From positions 44,053 through 76,052 of the forward strand of contig JAPLPO010000024.1 in the NCBI GenBank assembly GCA_026400155.1: 32,000 nt of DNA. Direction: 5' to 3'. The DNA is from Burkholderiales bacterium. Lineage in GTDB: Bacteria > Pseudomonadota > Gammaproteobacteria > Burkholderiales > Burkholderiaceae_C. The notes below the pieces were generated by a model, which saw nothing but the letters and a program-made list of their open reading frames with translations, was not told the DNA's origin and made no database searches. The translations under genes were made by a program, and so were the position numbers. Below, in pieces: positions 24,909 to 32,000 of this stretch (positions are counted from its first letter, which is position 1; the number at the start of each line of letters is the position of its first letter).

Positions 24909-26222
24909 ATGTCAGACATCAACTCTCTTCCCTTGAGAGACGCCAGGGCTGTAGTTCACGGCTTAACCAACCTGTCGCTTCATGCCCAGCGCGGCGCCAG
25001 CGTCATTCAATCTGGCAAGGGTGTCTGGGTTCAGGATATTCATGGCCGCGACTACATTGAGGGCATGTCTGGTTTGTGGTGCATTGCCCTGGGCTATGGC
25101 AACGAACGCTTGGCCAATGCCGCACACAAGCAAATGTTGGAGTTGGCTTATTACCCACTCACCAACCACAAAAGCCACCAGCCTGTCATTGCTTTGGCTG
25201 AAAAATTGTTGTCCATGGCGCCGGCCCCCATGTCCAAAATATGGTTTGCCAGCACGGGTTCCGAGGCGATCGACTGTGCGGCTCGTCTGTGTTGGTATTA
25301 CTGGAACGCTGTAGGCCAACCCGAAAAAAAGAAATTCATGTCGCATCTGTTGGCTTACCACGGCAACACCATAGCCGCTGCAAGCCTCACTGGGGCCAGC
25401 TACGCACACGAAAAGTTCAACTTGCCGCTGCCAGGCTTTATCCATCTCACCACGCCTCACTTCACCAAAAATGGGCAACCAGGGGAAACAGAAGAAGCAT
25501 TTTGTGACCGGCTCATTGCTGACATTGAGCAGCGCATCTTGGCCGAGGGCGCCCACACCATTGCTGCATTTTTTGTAGAGCCGGTTATGGCTGCAGGCGG
25601 CATCATTGTGCCGCCCGCAGCTTATTACGAAAAATTGCAGCGGCTATTAAAGAAGCACGAAATCTTGTTGGTTTGCGACGAAGTGGTCACAGCTTTTGGC
25701 CGGACAGGCGAAATGTTTGGGTCAACCACCATGAAGCTTCAGCCCGATCTATTGGTTTGTGCCAAAGCTTTGTCGAGTGCTTACATCCCCATTTCTGCAC
25801 TCATGATTTCGCCGCAAGTCTATGAACCCATTGCAAGACAAAGTGGTGAGCTGGGCATGTTTGGCCTCACCATGACTTATTCAGGACATCCTGTGGCTTC
25901 TGCGGTGGCCTTGGAAACACTGAACATTTACGAAGAGCTCCACATTGTGGAGCACGTTCGACAAGTGGGCCCAAGCCTTGTCAATGGCCTGAAACAATTG
26001 CAAAGCCACCCATTGGTCAAAGAAGTTCGTGGTATCGGACTGCTGGCGGGCGTTGAGCTTTTACCCAACCATGGCCGTGAATGCGCCCGGCTCGCAGAAG
26101 AAGAGGGCTTGATTGTGCGTGCCATTGGTGACACCATTGCCTTTTGTCCACCACTCATTATTTCTGAGGCTGAAATTCAAGAATTGTTGGTGCGATTTAC
26201 AAAAGCTCTTAACCGACTTTGA
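24909..26222 (+). CDS. Class-III (omega-type) pyridoxal-phosphate aminotransferase
   Basis: The 437-aa product has these family-typical segments: GLWCIALGYGNERL, STGSEAIDCAARL, LLVCDEVVTAFGRTGEMFG, and CAKALSSAY carrying the PLP Lys. Confidence 0.9.
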   Translation: MSDINSLPLRDARAVVHGLTNLSLHAQRGASVIQSGKGVWVQDIHGRDYIEGMSGLWCIALGYGNERLANAAHKQMLELAYYPLTNHKSHQPVIALAEKLLSMAPAPMSKIWFASTGSEAIDCAARLCWYYWNAVGQPEKKKFMSHLLAYHGNTIAAASLTGASYAHEKFNLPLPGFIHLTTPHFTKNGQPGETEEAFCDRLIADIEQRILAEGAHTIAAFFVEPVMAAGGIIVPPAAYYEKLQRLLKKHEILLVCDEVVTAFGRTGEMFGSTTMKLQPDLLVCAKALSSAYIPISALMISPQVYEPIARQSGELGMFGLTMTYSGHPVASAVALETLNIYEELHIVEHVRQVGPSLVNGLKQLQSHPLVKEVRGIGLLAGVELLPNHGRECARLAEEEGLIVRAIGDTIAFCPPLIISEAEIQELLVRFTKALNRL

Positions 26223-26333
26223 CATCTGGGTTTTGAGTCTGATCCCAAATTGAAACTCAAAGATTCCAAAAACATTGCTTAAATGAATCTCATAGGTTAA
26301 TATTAAGTTAAATTAAAGAAACCTATAAGTACA

Positions 26334-26792
26334 ATGAATAAGCAATTTCGTGATCTTCAGCTCCAGCAAATGGAAGCATTGCTCGGCTCGTGGAAATCGG
26401 CTCAGCTCTGTGCACGACCAAAGTCGGGGTGGGTTCGCGCTGTCCGAGAAACTTTAGGCATGTCGGCTGCCGCCTTCGCCAGACGGCTCGGCATTTCTCA
26501 CGCAGGGGTTCGAAAGTTGGAGGCATCTGAAGCTTCAGACGCCATTACGTTGGCAACCCTTCGCAAGTTGGCCCAGGCCTTGGACTGTGAAGTGCAATAC
26601 GCACTTGTACCCAGAACAAGTCTTTCACAACATCTTCAAGATCAAGCCCAAGCTGTTGCAAGGGCGCAATTGTTTCCTATCGCTCACTCCATGGCCCTTG
26701 AAGATCAGGCTGTTAATGGGCCCTCAAACAAGCTTCAATTTGATCTAGCGGTCAAGGCATTGCTTGAGGGATCGCGCCGAGAGTTGTGGTGA
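26334..26792 (+). CDS. Mobile mystery protein A (XRE-type HTH)
   Basis: GWVRAVRETLGMSAAAFARRLGISHAGVRKLEASE...TLATLRKLAQALDCEVQYALVP matches my recollection of the TIGRFAM 'mobile mystery protein A' family. It is paired with a Fic protein downstream. Confidence 0.8.
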   Translation: MNKQFRDLQLQQMEALLGSWKSAQLCARPKSGWVRAVRETLGMSAAAFARRLGISHAGVRKLEASEASDAITLATLRKLAQALDCEVQYALVPRTSLSQHLQDQAQAVARAQLFPIAHSMALEDQAVNGPSNKLQFDLAVKALLEGSRRELW

Positions 26793-26802
26793 GGTCAACC
26801 GG

Positions 26803-27390
26803 ATGGAATTTCAGTACGCACCGGGCGCAACACCCCTCGATCCCGATGAAGCGGAAGGGTTAGTACCACTGCACATCACAACACAAGCAGACCTCAACGC
26901 ATGGGAGCAGGCCAACATTGCCCTTGGCGATCGTTGGGCCGCTCGGCAAAAAAAGCGAGATCTGTTAGATGAGGGCTTTGTGCGAGATTTACACCGCCAG
27001 ATGTTTGATAAGACTTGGCAGTGGGCTGGAACTTTCCGTCAGTCCAACAAAAACATCGGCGTCGATTGGACTCAAGTGGCCGTGAAATTGCGTGACTTGC
27101 TAAACAATACTCGCTACCAAATCGAGAATCATGTCTTCAAGGAAGACGAAGTAGCAGTGCGTTTTCATCATCAACTAGTATTGGTTCATGCATTCCCAAA
27201 TGGAAACGGTCGCCATGCGCGTTTAATGGCCGACTTATTGATCACGCGGCTCGGGCAACCCAGATTGACTTGGGGTGGCACCAGCGCATCACGCATATCC
27301 GTTGCGAAGATTCGTGAAAAATATTTGGCTGCGTTGCGCGCAGCAGATCAAGGTCAAATTGAAGGGCTGATTGAATTCGCCAGAAGTTAA
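26803..27390 (+). CDS. Mobile mystery protein B (Fic/DOC-family, putative AMPylase)
   Basis: I chose ATG 26803 because GAGG lies 8 nt upstream; the ORF track start 26764 overlaps gene A. The Fic motif is HAFPNGNGRHAR (consensus HxFx[D/E]GNGRxxR). Confidence 0.85.
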   Translation: MEFQYAPGATPLDPDEAEGLVPLHITTQADLNAWEQANIALGDRWAARQKKRDLLDEGFVRDLHRQMFDKTWQWAGTFRQSNKNIGVDWTQVAVKLRDLLNNTRYQIENHVFKEDEVAVRFHHQLVLVHAFPNGNGRHARLMADLLITRLGQPRLTWGGTSASRISVAKIREKYLAALRAADQGQIEGLIEFARS

Positions 27391-27444
27391 GACGCCAACA
27401 CCCAAAGTGTTACATTGAACTCTTCATCCTCTAACTTTGCTGAC

Positions 27445-28323
27445 ATGAAAGAAACGACTCTTCGCGCAAAGCTGCGCCAACGCCTTCAACAACCTGGCCT
27501 GGTTGTCGCACCCGGCGTTTTTGACATGGTGTCACTGCGCTTGGCCGATTCATTTGGGTTTGATGCTTTGTACATGACGGGCTACGGCACCGTGGCTTCG
27601 CACATGGGCTTGCCCGATGCGGGGCTTGCCACTTACAGCGACATGGTAGGCAGAGTGACCGCCATGGCTGGCATGGCCAAATCGCCGCTCATTGCAGATG
27701 CCGACACAGGCTATGGTGGCCTTCTCAATATGCGTCACACCATTCGTGGCTATGAGGCTGCTGGCGCCGCAGCCATTCAATTGGAAGACCAAGAGTTTCC
27801 CAAAAAATGTGGCCACACACCAGGGCGAAGAGTGATCGCTATGGAAGACATGGTGCGCAAAATCAAGGTGGCAGTTGATGCACGCACCGACCCCAACTTT
27901 CTCATCATTGCCCGCACCGATGCCCGCACCACGCTGGGCTTGGATGAAGCCTTGCGCCGCGCTGAAGCCTACGCGCGCGCAGGCGCCGACATTTTGTTTG
28001 TGGAGTCACCTGAATCGGAAGAAGAGATGCGGCAAATTGGCCGATCGTTTGATGTGCCTTTGCTGGCCAACATGGTGGAGCGCGGCCGCACACCTGTTTT
28101 GTCGCGCGCAGAGCTCGAATCGATTGGCTACAAGCTGGCCATCTTTCCTGTCACTGCGTTGTTGGCGGGCGTTCATGCTATGCAGCGCGTCTATCAAGAA
28201 TTTCAGGCGCAAGGCTCATCTAGCAAAGGTGCTACTGAGCTGTTTGATTTTGCCGATCTCACAAAGCTAATGGGCTTTGAAGACATCTGGGAATTTGAAA
28301 AAAGATACGCTGAGCCTCAATAA
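27445..28323 (+). CDS. Isocitrate lyase/PEP mutase superfamily enzyme (2-methylisocitrate-lyase / carboxyvinyl-carboxyphosphonate phosphorylmutase-like)
   Basis: PGVFDMVSLRLADSFGFDALYMTGYG, IADADTGYGG, AAAIQLEDQEFPKKCGH and IIARTDA are superfamily hallmarks. ATG 27445 is preferred over TTG 27415. Confidence 0.85.
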   Translation: MKETTLRAKLRQRLQQPGLVVAPGVFDMVSLRLADSFGFDALYMTGYGTVASHMGLPDAGLATYSDMVGRVTAMAGMAKSPLIADADTGYGGLLNMRHTIRGYEAAGAAAIQLEDQEFPKKCGHTPGRRVIAMEDMVRKIKVAVDARTDPNFLIIARTDARTTLGLDEALRRAEAYARAGADILFVESPESEEEMRQIGRSFDVPLLANMVERGRTPVLSRAELESIGYKLAIFPVTALLAGVHAMQRVYQEFQAQGSSSKGATELFDFADLTKLMGFEDIWEFEKRYAEPQ

Positions 28324-28346
28324 ATTTAAATCTAACAGGAGACAAA

Positions 28347-29333
28347 ATGATGAGAAAAAATTTTCGCAGGCATTGGTTGCAAGCCGCTTTCTTGGGCGCT
28401 TCGCTCACCTTGATTGGATCGGCTATTGCACAAAGCTATCCCACCAAGCCCATCCGTTTGATTGTGCCCTTCACGCCTGGTGGTGTGACCGATACCAGCG
28501 GTCGCTTGATTGCCGAGCAATTGTCAAAACGCTTGGGCCAACAAGTGGTTGTTGACAACAAGCCTGGTGCTTCTGGCAACATTGGCACACAGCAAGTGGC
28601 CGCCGCTGAAGGCGATGGCTACACTTTGCTTTTGGGTTTTGATGGCACCTTGGTCATCAACCCGCATGTGTTTCCCAAAACAGGTTTTGACACGCTCAAA
28701 GATTTTGCACCCATCGGCAAAATTGGCGATGCCGTTTTAATTTTGGTGGCCAACCCCAGCTTCCCTGCCAAAAACCTCAAAGACCTCATTGCCCTGTCTA
28801 AAACCCAAGCGGGTGGCTTGTCTTATGGCACATCAGGCACGGGCGGCACACCGCACATTGCTGGCGAGCTGTTGCGCCAAAGAACTGGCGCCAACTTGGT
28901 TCATGTGCCTTACAAAGGTGGCGGTCAAGCTTTGACCGATGTGTTGGGTGGCAACATTCCTTTGGTCTACACCGCCATTGCGGGTGCCATTCCCCACGTA
29001 AAGTCTGGCAAGTTGTTGCCCATTGCAGTGTCAAGCAGCAAGCGCGCCAGCTCGATGCCCGATGTAGCCACCTTCATTGAAAACGGTGTGACCGATTTTG
29101 AAGCCAGCTCTTGGGTGGGTTTATTGGCGCCAGCCAAAACACCGCGCGCCATTGTGGCCCGACTTACCGCTGAGTTGACGGCGATATTGAATGATCCAGA
29201 AGTGAAAGAGCGACTTAACGGCATGGGCATCACCGCAACACCAGGAACTGCCGAAAGTTTTGGCGCTGAAATCAGCCGCGACCTTGCTAAGTATGGTCCC
29301 GTGGTCAAGGCGGCGGGAATTAAAGCAGAGTAG
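28347..29333 (+). CDS. Bug/TctC-family substrate-binding protein
   Basis: It has a signal peptide. Family-typical segments are YPTKPIRLIVPFTPGGVTDTSGRLIA, VVVDNKPGASG and VHVPYKGGGQALTDVLGGNIP. Confidence 0.9.
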   Translation: MMRKNFRRHWLQAAFLGASLTLIGSAIAQSYPTKPIRLIVPFTPGGVTDTSGRLIAEQLSKRLGQQVVVDNKPGASGNIGTQQVAAAEGDGYTLLLGFDGTLVINPHVFPKTGFDTLKDFAPIGKIGDAVLILVANPSFPAKNLKDLIALSKTQAGGLSYGTSGTGGTPHIAGELLRQRTGANLVHVPYKGGGQALTDVLGGNIPLVYTAIAGAIPHVKSGKLLPIAVSSSKRASSMPDVATFIENGVTDFEASSWVGLLAPAKTPRAIVARLTAELTAILNDPEVKERLNGMGITATPGTAESFGAEISRDLAKYGPVVKAAGIKAE

Positions 29334-29358
29334 TCGCCACATTTTTGGAGAACATCGC

Positions 29359-30366
29359 ATGGCATTCACACCCAGATTTTTAAAGTCCTTGTCACTTTGT
29401 ATGCCCGCGACATTCATGGCTGCCTCACTCATGCAGTGGCCTGTCGCTCAAGCACAAAACAACGCATCCACGTACCCTCAAAAGCCCGTCAAAATCATGG
29501 TGGGCTTTTCGCCTGGTGGTGTGCCTGACATTGTGGCGCGGGTGTTGGCACCCCGATTCACAGAAACTTGGAAGCAGCCCGCCATTGTTGAAAACCGATT
29601 GGGTGCGGGCAGCAACGTCGCGGCGCAGGCCGTGGCCACTTCGGCGCCAGACGGCTATACCTTGCTTTCTATTTCTTCAGCGCATGCCATCTCACCAGCC
29701 ATCTACAACAAGCTGGCCTACGATGCTTCAAAGGATTTTTCAGGGATCACGCTTACCGCGACAGGTCCTGCATTGGTCATTGTGTCGCCTGAGCTCAATG
29801 TGAGCAACATGAAAGAGTTCATTGCATTGGCCAAAAGCAAGCCCGGGCAACTGAACTACTCATCAGCTGGGGTTGGCAGCGGCTCTCAGTTTGCCGCCGA
29901 GCTTTTAAAGTCGCAAGCTGGCATTGATTTGGCCCACATCCCCTTCAAAGGCATTCCAGAAGCGCTGACCGATACCATGGCCGGTCGTACACATTTGTTT
30001 ATATCGCCCTATGCAAGTGCAATCAATTTGGTGCGAGAAGGCAAAGCCAAAGCCATTGCAGTCACCAGCACCAGCCGAGTTGCAGACTTACCAAATATGC
30101 CAACCGTGGCTGAGTCGGGGGTACCTGGTTACAAGTGGATTTTTTGGTATGGCCTGCTAGCACCTGCCAACACACCGCGGGACATCGTTCAAAAAGTACA
30201 GGCTGAAGTGGTAGCCGCATTGAAGCAGCCGCAAGTAACCCAACGCTTTAGCTCTCTGGGAATTGAAGCTATCACCAGCACGCCAGAATCTTTTGATCAA
30301 CTCATCAAAGACGAAGTGCAGTTGTTTAAAAAATTAGCGACGGCCTCTGGCATCAAGGCGGATTAA
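29359..30366 (+). CDS. Bug/TctC-family substrate-binding protein
   Basis: ATG 29359 has GGAG 9 nt upstream; the ORF track start 29260 overlaps the previous gene. It has a signal peptide. Family-typical segments are YPQKPVKIMVGFSPGGVPDIVARVLA, AIVENRLGAGS and AHIPFKGIPEALTDTMAGRTH. Confidence 0.9.
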   Translation: MAFTPRFLKSLSLCMPATFMAASLMQWPVAQAQNNASTYPQKPVKIMVGFSPGGVPDIVARVLAPRFTETWKQPAIVENRLGAGSNVAAQAVATSAPDGYTLLSISSAHAISPAIYNKLAYDASKDFSGITLTATGPALVIVSPELNVSNMKEFIALAKSKPGQLNYSSAGVGSGSQFAAELLKSQAGIDLAHIPFKGIPEALTDTMAGRTHLFISPYASAINLVREGKAKAIAVTSTSRVADLPNMPTVAESGVPGYKWIFWYGLLAPANTPRDIVQKVQAEVVAALKQPQVTQRFSSLGIEAITSTPESFDQLIKDEVQLFKKLATASGIKAD

Positions 30367-30370
30367 TCGC

Positions 30371-31174
30371 ATGGCTTTTGTTCATGTCAACGGCATCGAT
30401 TTGCACTACACCATCGATGGCTCGCAAGGGCCATGGATCACTTTGTCGCATTCTTTGGCCTGCAATTTGTCAGCCTGGGATGCCCAAGTAGAACTGCTAA
30501 AAAACAATTTCAGAGTGCTGCGATTTGACACGCGAGGTCATGGTCTGTCTAGTGCACCAGAAGGCCCCTACACCTTAGAGCAATTGGCAGATGATGTGCA
30601 CGGACTGTTCATGCACCTGGGCATCACGCAAACGCACTGGATGGGAATTTCAATGGGCGGCATGGTTGGTCAAACTTATGCTTTGGCACACCCTGATGTT
30701 TTCCAATCGCTTATCTTGGCCGATTCCACCAGCCGCAGACCGCCCCAAGCTGCCAGTATGTGGGGAGAGAGAATTCGCATTGCGCAAACCGAGGGCATGC
30801 AAGGTTTGCTTGAGAGCACTTTGTCGCGCTGGTTTACCCAAGACTTTCGCGAAAAACAACCCGAAGCAGTCGCGCGAATTGGCAAAGGTATTTTAGAAAC
30901 GCCAGTGAATGGTTTTTGTGGCTGTTGCGATGCCATCTCTAAAATTGATTTGCTTGACAGGCTTCATGAAATTAAATGCCCTAGCCTCATCATGGTTGGT
31001 GAGCACGATCACGGCACACCGCCAGAAATGTCGCGTCAAATGCATCAAAATATGGCTGGCTCTAAATTTATTGTCATTCCCAATGCAGCACACATTGCCA
31101 GCATTGAGCAAGAGGCATTTTTCAATTCAGAAATCTTGACATTTTTGACTTCGTTTCCTAATGTCAATGTCTAA
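30371..31174 (+). CDS. Alpha/beta-fold hydrolase (3-oxoadipate enol-lactonase-like)
   Basis: The nucleophile elbow is GISMGG. The N-terminus VNGIDLHYTIDG...LRFDTRGHGLS is typical of PcaD-like lactonases. A His lies near the C-terminus (AAHIASIEQ). Confidence 0.8.
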   Translation: MAFVHVNGIDLHYTIDGSQGPWITLSHSLACNLSAWDAQVELLKNNFRVLRFDTRGHGLSSAPEGPYTLEQLADDVHGLFMHLGITQTHWMGISMGGMVGQTYALAHPDVFQSLILADSTSRRPPQAASMWGERIRIAQTEGMQGLLESTLSRWFTQDFREKQPEAVARIGKGILETPVNGFCGCCDAISKIDLLDRLHEIKCPSLIMVGEHDHGTPPEMSRQMHQNMAGSKFIVIPNAAHIASIEQEAFFNSEILTFLTSFPNVNV

Positions 31175-31209
31175 AACCACTCACAACTTCAACACTCAAG
31201 GAAAACCAA

Positions 31210-31593
31210 ATGTTCAGTCATGTCATGCTTGGGGTCAATGACCTCGAAGTTTCAAAAAAGTTTTACGATGCCTTGTTGGGCACACTGGGTTATGGCCCTG
31301 GCGTGGCCAACAAGAACCGTTACTTTTATCGCAGCCCCACAGACACCTTTGCTATTTCCACACCCATCAATGGTGAGCCCGCCAACCACGGCAATGGCAG
31401 CACCATAGGTTTTACCGTGAAGTCGCCAGAACAAGGCGATGCCTTCCATGCGGCTGGCATTGCCAATGGCGGTACCACCTGCGAAGATCCACCTGGACTT
31501 CGCGAAGGTCCAGTGGGCAAGCTTTATCTGGCTTACTTGCGCGATCCCGATGGCAACAAGATTTGCGCGCTGCACCGCCCTAGCACTACATGA
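31210..31593 (+). CDS. VOC (glyoxalase/bleomycin-resistance/dioxygenase) family protein
   Basis: The N-terminus MFSHVMLGVNDLEVSKKFYDALLG and the C-terminal YLRDPDGNKI motif are typical of this family. Confidence 0.8.
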   Translation: MFSHVMLGVNDLEVSKKFYDALLGTLGYGPGVANKNRYFYRSPTDTFAISTPINGEPANHGNGSTIGFTVKSPEQGDAFHAAGIANGGTTCEDPPGLREGPVGKLYLAYLRDPDGNKICALHRPSTT

Positions 31594-32000
31594 AATCTCC
31601 CATCAGCATTGTTGACGTTGATCGCCCAGAAAGCTGGACCCGCTACAAGGCGGGCATGTGCGACACCTGCGCGGCCAACTGTTGCACCATGCCGGTGGAG
31701 GTCAAAATGCCCGATCTGATTCGGCTCAACTTGGTCAGTACGTTTGAGGCAGAGCACGAAGAGCCCAAGCAAATTGCCAAGCGCCTGAGCAAGGCGGGCC
31801 TGATTGACCATTTCAATTTCAAGAACAGCATCTATACGCTGGCAAGGCGCAGCAGCGGCGACTGCCAGTTTTTAGATGCCAAGGGCCGGCATTGCACGGT
31901 GTATGCCAATCGACCCAATACCTGCAGAACGCACCCACAAGTGGGTCCCAAGCCTGGCTTTTGCCCTTATGGCGCTTTGGCTCAAAGCCGGAAAAGTTAA
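31590..32000 (+). CDS. YkgJ-family cysteine-cluster protein
   Basis: CDTCAANCC fits the CxxCxxCC motif, and a second Cys set is present (GDCQFLDAKGRHCTVYANRPNTCRTHP). Its start overlaps the VOC gene stop in an ATGA junction. The stop codon falls at the window end. Confidence 0.75.
   Translation: MKSPISIVDVDRPESWTRYKAGMCDTCAANCCTMPVEVKMPDLIRLNLVSTFEAEHEEPKQIAKRLSKAGLIDHFNFKNSIYTLARRSSGDCQFLDAKGRHCTVYANRPNTCRTHPQVGPKPGFCPYGALAQSRKS

Overview
This is a chromosomal window from a Betaproteobacteria/Burkholderiales-like genome. That assignment is an inference from four Bug/TctC solute-binding paralogs and the overall gene content. All calls below come from reading the sequence and ORF track by eye; no searches or computations were run.

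Layout:
- 1-4.9 kb: flagellar operon fliF (5' end cut by the window edge), fliG, fliH, fliI, fliJ. An unknown ORF is translationally coupled to fliJ in the position usually held by fliK.
- 5.6-10.3 kb: envelope and secreted proteins (adhesin-E-like protein, lipoprotein, alpha-carbonic anhydrase with a long N-terminal extension, FimV-type LysM protein with WVRFP repeats) and an MFS transporter.
- 10411-10486: tRNA-Phe(GAA).
- 10442-16875: a ~6.4 kb integrated island bounded by a perfect 45-bp direct repeat of the tRNA 3' part.
- 17-23.7 kb: a six-gene, stop/start-coupled catabolic operon on the minus strand (FAD oxidoreductase, IclR, aconitase-X large and small subunits, IlvD/Edd dehydratase, TctC).
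- 23.8-32 kb: TctC, class-III aminotransferase, an HTH + Fic 'mobile mystery protein A/B' cassette, PEP-mutase/isocitrate-lyase family enzyme, two more TctC genes, alpha/beta hydrolase, VOC protein and a YkgJ Cys-cluster protein.

The island carries a tyrosine integrase, a lipoprotein, an H-NS-like small protein, several unknown ORFs, and a 190-aa catalytic-domain-only tyrosine recombinase. Next to that recombinase lies an ~880-bp ORF-free region rich in inverted repeats.

The most unusual signals are in the island:
1. It is almost completely devoid of six 4-bp palindromes, while ACGT and GTAC are abundant.
2. The short FimB/FimE-like recombinase plus the structured non-coding region is a candidate invertible switch or ncRNA locus.

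I saw no CRISPR array, rRNA or IS transposase.
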